64,000 nucleotides of DNA from Hydrolagus colliei (Eukaryota), in NCBI GenBank assembly GCA_035084275.1, contig CM068743.1:16988001-17052000 (forward strand), read 5' to 3'. Position 1 is the first letter of the stretch. Each line of letters begins with the position of its first letter. Shown one piece after another: positions 38,201 through 50,200 of this stretch. Under the pieces are notes generated by a model. The model did no database searches. It was not told the origin of the DNA and saw nothing but the letters and a program-made list of their open reading frames with translations. The translations under genes and the position numbers were made by a program.

Positions 38201-41200
38201 ACTCTCTCTGCAACAGTGAAATTAGTATCTGGAATTAATCATCTTTCACTATGAAACAAAAAGAGGCATTTGGAAAGACATTATACCAGACTTTGGAACT
38301 GGCCTGCTAAGTGACTGATTTCTCCAAAGGGAACTTGAATTTGGCAGAGGGAAGGAGTGCAGAGCATTGGTGGTATAAAAGCTGTAAACCAATCTTCTTC
38401 CCCCATCCCCACTCATCCTCTTTTCCGCTGGAATTGGATCAAAGGAGCGCCCTCTGCCTTGTCAAGTGCACAGAGCAACAGATGCATGAGGCCTAGTCTC
38501 ATAGCCAGATCAATGCTATTGTACTTGATGTCTGAGGTGCTAACCATTAGTGAGAGCAAGGCACAGAGGCCCTGACTGCAAACCCAGGTGTCTACATTCC
38601 TCCTGGTCTATTAGAGATAGCAGGTGGTAGCAATCCTTGTTTAGTGCCTTGGGACCTCCTCCCAATTGCTATACAAATATAATTTTGTATTGTATTTTGT
38701 ATTTAACAAATTCTGATTGATCAATTCTGTCTCCATGTGTTGAGTATCGGGTTAGCTTGGGCAGTCTGCCGTTATTGAGTTATATAACATCTTGAATTCA
38801 GGAATTACTCTGGGATGGCGTTCTCTCACCTCATTTAATATTTGGGATGCGTTTCTGACTCGAACCCTGTCAGGAGTGTCTTCCGCCAGAGTCAGCCCTT
38901 TTCCCTTAATATTTTCTGCCCATTCTTTCCTATATTCTTTCTGTGAATAGAATGTTGTCACTTTAAGGCTTAATTTGGAAAAGTATGCCATCAATAATAT
39001 AAACAAGAAAACATGGAATTTTATTATAAGGTAGAATATGATGAATATTTGGCATCAGAACAACAAAAAATACATCTGTTTTTTATTTCAATTTCTAATT
39101 CAGTTGTGATTTGTTTAGTTGGGATTTGTCCATTTGATCCAAGCCACTAGATGGAGCTTTGCTCAAGGTCAAAGGAGGCAAAAAACCAGCAGCACAGACC
39201 ACAATATCTATCAAATGAAATTCCCATCTGCTGATATGCATGTGTAGCAGGCACAAAAAAAATTAACATCATAAGCTGCCCTCACTTTTTATTTAGAAAA
39301 CCATGGTGGCAAAAATGAAAACAACAAGCCAACATTAATACCTGTCACAAAGAACGACTGCCCAAGACCTTCATCAGGACAATAAGGATCATTGAGGAAA
39401 GGAGGGTGGATTTGAGAGCATTGACCAAAGGCATGGTCAAAGAAACAGGTTGTTTTGATTAAAATATTGGTAAATCATGAGATTAACAACTGCTGTACAT
39501 TGATTTAATATATTTCTATCTATTACAGCAGAGACAAACAGGATTTATAAATGTTTGATTGCTTGACATCTTATACATTCATCTGAGCGGCAGATATGCT
39601 TCCTGAGCTGCATTAACTAAAGGTGTCACTGTTAATGAATAGCAAGGGTGAGAGTTACCTCATTAAGAAGACTGGTGACATGTTTGGCATGTAAGTAGCT
39701 CGGGGTCATATCAAGATCCACCAACATTCTCCCTTTGATTCCCTCATCATAATCTTTTCTGTATTCCTTCTGTTGATTGGCACAATATGAAAAGTGTCAG
39801 CATTTCCATGAGCAGTATACATATTTCATTCTCATGGTGAAAGATGTGACAATCGTTTACAAGCACAGTAAGTGAGGTATCTCTGGATGTTCTTTTGCAT
39901 TGGACATCTTCTTTCAAGAATAGTGAAAAAAAAACTTCAAATTCCAAACATTGTGTATTCAGCTCAGTATAGAACAAACCATATTTGTCAGTGGACAAAG
40001 AAAAACAGTCTATCATTACTATATGGATCAGTTTCATAAGAACATAACAAAAAAAGGATCAATGTCCATCTAGTTTTTACCTTCTATCTTCCTGGTGGTC
40101 GCATGCACATATGTCCCAGACTAGCTATGTACTCTATCCCATAATGTTATTTCCTTAAAGAAAACTATCTTATCTGTGGTTGAAAGAATCAACATTTCCT
40201 GCTTTGATCGGTTCTTAAGGGAAACTGTTCCACAAGTTCACTATTCACACGAATAGTATACCGGTGGAAGTTTCAAGAACCATTATAGTATATTTAATTT
40301 TAACTTTTTTCAGCAATGATTCTTGATCAAAGCTATTTTGTGAAACAACCAATTTTATACCTCTTTAGGTAATTAACTGTGAAGAGAAGGTTGAGGGCCG
40401 ACATGCTTAGTCTTTGAGATTCTGAAGGGAATAGATAATGTAGACCATGATAAGCTATTTTATCTTTTACCTCACCCCAGAGGCCATTGAAACTTTCATT
40501 CATGCTTCATTACATCCAGGCTTGACTATGCTAACTGCCTGTTTGTTGGCCTCCCCATCTCCTCCCTCCATAGGTTGCAGATCATCCAGAACTCTGCAGC
40601 CCATGTCCTCTCCTGCACCAGGTTCCATGCGCAATTGGTTGCCGTGTTTTACCCGCAAAATATGGTCAATTTACCTTAGAGTATATTCTGTGAAGCGCTT
40701 TGAGAGGTCTTGAAGATGTGATAAGGCACGATATCAAATGCAAGGATTATCATCTTGTGTTCTTAACGTGTACCTCTAAGTGTAAATATCCTATGGTGGG
40801 CTCTTGCCTCATTGTCAGCGTGGTGTAAAAATAATGACCTTCATAAGTGAAAGCAATGGATAATGTCCAAAGTTTTAAAAAATCTGCACTTCTTCACCTC
40901 ACTCTGCAGATGCTGTGCCTCTTTTGTTGCTAAATAACTTGGAGTCTCCATAACTTCCAGCATCGATTTTCCTTTAGATTTTTCATACTCTTCCTTGTAC
41001 TTGACCTGGCATATACAAAATGAATCAAGTTTCAAGACTCTAATCAAAGTCTTGTTTAAAAAAAATCTAAGCTTTTTGCCCATTTCGTACCATCGCAAAC
41101 TTACTATACCTGACTTTGGAGTATTTTGTTTTCCTTGTAGTGCAATTGTTCTGAAGTATCCAATGCCAGGTGATAATGTCCTTTACTTTTTTCAAACTGT

Positions 41201-44200
41201 TTCTTGTACTCATACTAAAAAGAAATATATCAGACATAAACATAGAATGTAGCCAGAAAGTAGAATTCAATAACATTAATCCGACTCTCAGAGTGCTTTT
41301 TTCTTTTCATCTCTTTTCTTGATACTGATTAGGATTTGCTTTCTCCTCTGCTTTCAAAACCCTTCTAAACAACTCACTTTTTCAGCTCCATCATCCGCCT
41401 TACCCACCACCCCCACCCCAACCCCATCTCCCTCATAGCTCCAACTCTGCTTCAAGACATTCTCCTACATTCTCTTTTAAGCACTTCAATATCGCCTGGT
41501 GTGGAGCTTGCTATATAAATACAAGTTGTTGTTGTAAATGAAAAGTGCTATTTAAATGTATGTTGCTGCTATAGATGTCAGATGTCTGAAATTCTACCCA
41601 ATTTGTAGCCTGTAAGATCATTTTATCTTAAAACTTCTGATCAAGCAATATTGTGGAAAAATTCTTCACCTCAGTCTTAGTCAGGAAGACTGATTTCTAG
41701 GTTTTTATGAAGTCAAGTTTCCAATTTAAGACTGAACTGAAGAATTTTCCGTAAATTTTAAGAACTTTCTCAAGCAATATGGTGAGCAGTATAACTCAAC
41801 ATCAAACATGTGAGAGTATTTGTTAGCGTTTTCCTGATAAACGCAAACTCTCATTGATTGTCAGATCCACCAGTTGGAGTTGTGAAGCTTTAGCAGCAGC
41901 TACTGCTTAGTACTCATACCAATTAAGGTCAATGCTTGAAATCCTCCTTAAGGTAATTTGTCTGATATATACGGAGACCATCATGGTCACCTAAGACAGT
42001 TTCAGAGCAGTACTGGCAATGGCCTAGGACTGGTGGTTCATCCACTTATACAAATAAAATGGAAAAGGGGCAAAATACTTTGAAAGCTGAACAATCAATA
42101 TTACAAAAGGAGTAAAAGGCAAAATAGTGCAGTTGCTGGAAATTTAGAATAAAAACAGAAATCGCTGAGAATACTCAGCAGGTCAGGCAGTATCTATGGA
42201 GGGAGGAAAATTATTTGACTCGAACTCATCGACCTGAAATGTTAACTTACTTTCATCTCTCCAGACCTGCTGAGTGTTTCCAGTGAACTTCTGTTTCTAT
42301 TTCAAGAAAAATCTATATTTCTCTTGTTGAACCAACACTACATTTGAGGAAAAACTCTGCTACACTATTTCAGAGCTGGCAAATCCATCTATATGTTTCA
42401 TTAAAAGGGAAAATACATGCATTTGTATAGTACGTATTACCTTGAAATATTTTTAAATAAAAGTATAATTAACACCAAGTGCAATGAGGCAACTCCAGCA
42501 ATCATCGACATCACCAAAGTCCAGCTAACAAGCAGCTAAATGAACAATTCATTGGAAGGATTGTTGACCAGAAACATGGAAATCTATATCACAGAAAGCA
42601 TCCATTTGTCTCATCATGTCCAGGGCACTGATGCAACAAATTAGGCAAATGCGAGGCTGTGCAATGTATTCTTTGAAGATCAAGCTTATATTTTACCTGA
42701 AAACATAAGACATTCTCGAATATTAATAGAAATTTGAGTTCCAATTCATTTTAACATTTCTATGAAATGTTAACTTAGCACACTGTGCAAAATATCCATT
42801 GAGGTTGAAAAAACAATGTCCTGGTTTTGTCGCTTTTTTTTGTAAAATGTTTAGTTTGTTCAATTTATGCACAGTCATGGAGTAGCTGACTTTTGCATTT
42901 CTTTCAAGGTGTCTAATGTTTGAATGATCTGTATTTTTAAGCCAATTTTTAAAAAATCCAACTTTCTAACTCTTCCCTATATCCTTTCTTTTGCTACTTC
43001 TTAAGTGCCTATCCAGTCCCCTTTTGAATGATTCTATTGATCCAGCCTCATTACTTGTTGTAATCAATTTGACCCCTATGCAAACTTCAGAATGAAGAAC
43101 TTCCTTCTAACCTCTCCCTCAGGTGAGAAGGTAACACTGGCAGAAAACTCTCATTGGATTGATAACACTCTCCTTGAACATTCCACGGTACAATGTAAGG
43201 CCATGACATGAAACAACTCTCAACTCCCAAGCTTCTGCACACAACTGATAAGACTCTGCTTCAAACACACACTAAACAACTAGTTTGTTTCAATCTAGAT
43301 ATAAGTTGTCTTCCAGTTGATTGCTGACGGCTTTAAAAGCCTATCACTGAAATGAAGCATGCAATTTACTAATCACACCTTTCCACACTTCAGTTGCCAG
43401 AATCATCACGTTCTTTCCATTTGCAAGTTAAAAATAACTCATCAGCTTTCAGAAAGATCTTCCTCCAATGTGCATGTAAATTAGTAGTGGATGGATTATT
43501 GTGTTATGATAATAATAAACTTTGGCGGAGATTGGTGTTCATCAAAATGAGCAATGTCAATTTTCAAGAATTGTGTTCTTATCCTTCAGTTTAATTTGTT
43601 TTGTACATTTTGCAGTCAGTCTGCTGCAGCTTTTTGTGGCTTCAAAAAAATGTAGTAGATAAATTGTGAAAAACTCACAGCACTTTGCAGTTTGCTAGCT
43701 GCCAACACGTGCTCCAGATGCAACAAATTAGGCAGATGCGAGGCTGTGCGATTTATTCTTTGAAGATCAAGCTTATATTTTACCTGAAAACATAAGATGT
43801 TCTTGAATATTAATAGAAATTTGGGTTCCAATTCATTTTAACATTTCTGTGAAAAATACATGCAGAAACACAGTACCATATTTAAGAATATCGAAACCAG
43901 ACAGAATTCTGCCAAGGTATGGAAATGTCAGCTTTTCAGGAATGGAATGCCCACTCTTCCCCTGGAGGGAAGCATTCTACTTAATTCCACAGAGTATTAG
44001 GAGCAGAATGGCAAGAGCTAAGTCTTGGGTACCCCAGATTGTGTGTTGGGGGTACTACTAGCATCTAACCAACCAGAACCAACTGTTTATTGTTGTTGAT
44101 TTTGTTGTTTGATTTCCCCCCCACCCCCTTGCCCCCTGGCCTTCCCCCCCTCTCTTCTTCCCTCACTCCCTTTGCCCCCTTTCTCTCCCCCCTTTCCCCC

Positions 44201-47200
44201 TTCCCTCCCTCTTCCCCCTTATGCCCTTCTCCCTGATTTTAACCCCCCCACCACCTTTGCCTCCCTCTCCCCCCTTATCCTCTTTTCCCCCTTTCTCCTC
44301 TGGTCCCACTTCAGCGACTGTTTGTGGGACACTGCTGTGCGCAATTTGGCTGCCACGTTTCACCAATAAATATAGTTTTTCTGCTTTCCTTCCTCCTACT
44401 CCATCCCCTCCCATTACCCTCTTTTCCCCCTTTTTCCCCGAACTCCACTTCCACAACTTTGTGTGGGACACTGTTGTGCACAATTTGGCTGCCGCAATTC
44501 TCCCACAAATATACAGTAAATTTTCCTACTTTCCTTCCCCCAACCACAACCCCTTCCCCTCTTGCTCTGGTCCCTACCTCTTTTCCCCCCTTTCTTCCCT
44601 CTTTTCTTCTCCCTCCCCCCCTGCTCTGGTCCCAACCTTGGGACGTTGTTGTATTCTGTGAAGCGCTTTGAGACATCAATAAGACATTGAAAGCACTATA
44701 TAAATGTAAGGATTATTATAATATTATTACTTATATAGAACCAAATACAGTAAAAGCCTGTTTATCCGTGACCCGATCAACCGTAACTTCCATATAACCG
44801 GCACCTCAAAAAAAGGTCCTCATTCGAATAACAGGATCTTATCCAGCACAATTACGCTGGCACATTTCTTTTCCCTTGTATCAGTATTTTGGAGTGCTGC
44901 TACTAGTGACTGAAGGTGGCGCTGCCATTTTATCCCCTCTCATTAGTATTTTGGTTTGCCACTAGTAGAGCCTTAAAGTCACGCCGCCATTTTTTTTCCT
45001 TGCATCGCCCTTTGTAGAAGATAGACTATACACCTCTACCCCAGCATCATGGCTTCAAACCAGGCATCTAACCAGCAAAACTGATTTTTATGTGAATTTT
45101 TAGGTGAATAACAAAGGTCTGATATTATCTGTCATTATTTAGTCTTTAGTGATAATGTTATGTGTTAAAATAAGTTAATTTTTTTGTGTTGGGTTTTCGG
45201 TAGCTAGCCGCCTGAATATCCGGCATGTCATTTAACCGGCATTGGCCAGGTCCCGAGGGTGTTGGATAAACGGGCTTTTACTGTAGCTTGCCATTGAGAC
45301 CATTTTCGGACAAGATTTTCCGCTTTTTGTCGAGCTTGGACCAACCAGCCCATTAGAGCCTGCACGGTTAACAGCAGCCAAATGAGAAGAATTACAGCCT
45401 TTAGAGACCAGAGTCTCATTCCTTGTCCTGCTGACAAGAGGGCAGGACTTGTCCGTCATTAGTACTGACCTGAAATATTGCACGCTCATCTACCTTTACA
45501 TTACAGTATATTCTTTGAAGCACTTTGAGGCATCTAGAATATGTTAAAAAGCGCTATATCAAATGCCAGGATTATTACTATTACCTCAGTTTCCATCCAT
45601 CTGTGAGCAAATTGCGCAATTTCAGACAAAAACTAGAATGACACATTTTAGACCCTATTAAGGAGTTCTCTCAAGAAATATAAAGTGTGAATGTTATGCC
45701 AAATTCCTGAGCTACAGAAGGGAAGAGGGCAAAATTGGTAGCTGTAAAGGGTGCTCACATTGCTGGCAAGAGCATTTGCTGTTTGTAATTGTTGGAAGGA
45801 GGCACTTTCCTGAGGATTGTAGTGATGCCTCTTTCCTTCTTTGATGTGTTTGTCTTTGTAGTTAAACTGGAACAGAACAAAAATTCAAATGTTAGATATC
45901 ACCCTCGAATTACACAGTCAACATACCTTACAGTAAATACTGTGAAGCTGCAAAGCTTTTGAGACAGAATATATTCTCATCTGGAATTCTTATATCCAAA
46001 ATGTACTAACTTACACTTCATTACATTCTTATACATCTCTCAATTTGCTGCTCACTTAATCTGTTGATGTCCATTTTTTATTTTCCATTCTCTTCTCAAC
46101 AGCTTGGTGTTATCTGCAAAGATGGATATGCTCCTATTGATTCCCGTATCCAGGTCAGTTATATATAGAATCAACACTGTGTCCCAGTACAAAACCCCAG
46201 GGGGTACCACTTGTCATTTCCCACCAATGACAGGAGAATGTCCATTTTATCCCATTCAGCTCATTAAGTGGTAACCATCTGATGACTTGTTCTCCAGAGA
46301 AAATAGAACTTGTGGTTATATAACTAATTGAAAGTAACATGACTGAATGATGGAATTTTTTTTAATAACCCAATAAACAGAAAGCAACATGAACCGCTGC
46401 AAATTCAGATCTGCTGAAATATATTGGATGTTTGATTGAAAATAGTGTTTACATTATTTGAGACTGCCTTGAGGTTTCTTGATGGCAATATAAAATAGTT
46501 TCTGGAACAAATTAACTAGGAAAACATTGTTCTAAGCACCCCAATTTTATTTAACTCTCACCAGAACCTTCTTGCCTCTGCTCGCTCTAAGTCATCCTGG
46601 CTGGTGGTCTACCTTACAAATCTCCAGATAAAATTGGTCATTCTAATGGACATGAAAATTGACTGGCAGTTTCACCAACCAAATGAACAGTCACTACACT
46701 TTACATACTTTGTGACGTGAAAGACATTATATTAAATGCAAAGTTTATTCTCATCTAGTTTTCTCCTCAACGTACAATTCAAACAACCTTGTCACATCTA
46801 TACATTGGACTTTAATTCAATGGGAAGTTCAGCTCTATCATAAGAATAATCCTTGCATTTGATATAGCACTTTATCATGTCACCAAGAATTTTCGATGCG
46901 CTTCACAGGTTACATGTAAAGTGGCGTGATTATCCATACTGGTGACCTCACCAGCTAATTTGCGCACAGCATTATCCCACTCTGATTCCCGTCTCATTAC
47001 ACAAGGACACTGAATAATGGAATAACCCTTGCTGCTGCTCTTCTATGAATCAGTTCCAATGCTTCAATACTATTTCTCTATTGCATTCTGCTACAATTCT
47101 CTATTGCAGTATCAGTAATTCAGTTACTGAGCAGGTGGGTCTGCAATACTCAAGGGTACTGGGTGTTGACAGATCCGACAGCAGGAGAGGGAGTGAGGTG

Positions 47201-50200
47201 AACTGTTTCTATGTATTGATGAGAGTTTCAAGAGTGGAGGTAAAAGTGGTTGAAAGCTCGGTCATGAACGATGCAGTGGAACGGGCAGGAGGGCATGAAG
47301 TAAACCAGAGCAAAGCAAGTGCCTAGGGAGTAGGAGCACACATGAATGCAGAGTTAGGGTGGAGCAAAGTCACAAAGACATTTAAAAGTAGGAATGAGCC
47401 ACGTGTCTGGAAGTCAATTCATTTGATGATGGGCAATCAGTGAAACTGAAGATTTGGAATAAAATACATGGTCTTGAGTAGTCTAGTTCAGGGGAGGATG
47501 TGGGTGCGGAGTTCTGGGTGTGAAAGGTAGAGCTGAGCAGCTGGCGGGCAGGAATTTGGAAACGTAGAGAATGGAGATGACAAAGGCAGAGATGAGGGTT
47601 TAGGCTGCGTGGAGGATGAGGTAGTGTCGGAGGTAGGAGTATGGATATCAGGCTCAGTATGGTGTATATATATTTTTCCTTTGAACAACTCTAAAGTCAA
47701 CAGAAGGCTTACTTGGCTCGTTAGTTTGGAAACCTCCTTAGCATGTTCAATGTCTGGTCTACCTATTATGGATGTTTTCTTAGCTGCTGCTGCTTTAGCA
47801 TCATTTTTATATTCTATCTGTAAAAAAAACATACTGTTTAATTAGCAGAAAATGTTTATGTTAAATATCAGCAAATATTACATTCAGTTTTAATCAACAA
47901 CCTGTTGCCTAACAGGTTTAAGATGATTAGACTGCATTTTCATTGGTTCATTTTCTTAAGAGTTTCAACCACATGATGGACTTCTTGCAACAAAATCTTA
48001 TTTTTAAAGCATTAATGAAGAATAATTTCCACAAAATAGCAAACACTGGAATTTAAGCATTTATCTTAATATACCTCCTCACTTAATTTTCAAATACAAG
48101 TAAAATAGGGACAAACAAGAACATGCAGCTACATTGCTTTTCATTGGCACTGACTTCTGATTTTTATGAGAAGTGTCAATCATTGCGAAGCATTTATTCT
48201 TTTGACACTTGTTCGCAGTTAGCGAGAGCAGTGTGATAAAATTTGTCTCATGGGAGTCAGCAGAGTCTTTTGTGTCAATTATTCTGAGATTTCATGCAAT
48301 TAAATAATATAGCTACAATACTTTATTACCCAGCAATATGATAATAATCCTTATATTTGGTAAAGCGACTTATCATGTCATCAAGACATCTCAAAACACT
48401 TCACAGGAAATACTGTAGGATTGTATTTTAAAATGAATAAAAATGAATCATAATTATGAATAACCCATCATAATAGCATTTCAGTTTATACTTAAAACTT
48501 TAGTTGCTTATTAATTGCATTAAGCAAAATTATAATAATATTGTACTTGCATTTGATATAGTGCTTTTCACATCTTCTAGACACTTCACAGTATATACCA
48601 TAAAGTGAATTGACTGTATATTTGTGAGTGAAGCACGGCAGCCAATTGTGCACAGTAGCGTCTCACAAACAGTCGTGGATTGAAATCACCAATTTACTGT
48701 TCTTTTTTCTTGATGGATTATTATCAGGAATATGGAGTAAAGAAACTTGCCCAAAGTTTCACCCCACCTGGAATTGAACCCAGGTCTCTTGCTTGCAAGG
48801 CGAGGGCTTTGTCTGCATTTTAGCTGTCAACGTGTCTAAATATCTATTAGTGTAAGGAATTAAAATATTTGTAAGCAGTGTTAATAAATGCCAACAAAAT
48901 GAAATACAGGTAAATCACCTGTAAAATGTATTGTTGCACGTTCACCATTACCTTTGCTCTGCATTCAGAAATGGTACTGTGTGGCATGTTATACTGTCAG
49001 TGGCAGCTCTGAAGCATCACATAACACTACCCTATGACAGCAAGCTTCACATCTAGGGAACACTCAGCTCACAATGATGATAACACCAGGCAGCCCTGCT
49101 AATGACAACCAAGGTCAGAGACTGATACAGAGAGCAAGCGCTCTGCACTAGTACAGCACTAGCTATCGGGAACTTTTCACCAATGTTACTCCATCAAGTG
49201 GTATGAGTCCAGAGTACTTTCAAGGGAACAGGGATTATTAGCCCCCCCCACCCCGCCCACCGCAGAAAGCAATCTGCCAATTGACTAACAACTAATGTAC
49301 TAGGTAAACAGGGGCAAGTACGTTCTTCATACTCAGTTATAAAAAATAAAACAAAGACATGCAGTAGGCAGCAAAAATGAAATGGGGTGTTTAATAGAAG
49401 CAGTGTGACTGGACAAATGTCAATTTGAGAATAATGCCCAATTGCGGAGGTCAGTATTCAATACAAAGAAATCTGCTCATTTTTACTTCTGAGTAAAACT
49501 AAGGGTTCCTTACGTTGCTGACAAGCCTTGATGTTTGTGTTGCTTTTCTGATGTCCAGCCTGTCAGCAATCTCCGTATATCTGTGCACGTTCAGTGCTTC
49601 TTTCTTGTACAAAACCTATTAAATACAAAGCAAACAATATGCGTTTTACCATCATCATTCACGTGACAATCAAAAATTCTACCAGAGAAACAAAAGTAGT
49701 TTGAGACAGTGGCAGAGCTGAGCGATCTTGCAGAGATGGGGAAAGGCGGTGCGGTGTCATGGCATGGATGTGGGGTATGAAGGACAATTGAGGGTAGAAA
49801 AGAATGCTAAGCACACTACATCTCAGCTCGCTTCATTGATGTAGTGTGCATCCATGGAGAGCAATGCTGTCAGAGCCCAAAGTATGAAGGCGCTGCTGAA
49901 AACAAGCACCAGTCCTGTTGACATTCAACTGCAGGAAGTTAGCCCTCATCCAAGACTTGAAGTTTGACTTGATGAGAACTCATCAAGTCCCGGAATTGAG
50001 GGTGCAGACAGAGAGATAATTGTTGGGTGTCATCTGCATACATGTATAAGTTGACCCCCAAGTCTGCAGACAATGTCAGCAAGGGGGAGCATATAGATAT
50101 TGAAAAGGAGAGTATATAAAGCATTGAATTTGATACTTTAAGTTTTATTTGTTAGTACATTTTGTAGATACATATATTGAAATAATATTTATCTTAAGTG

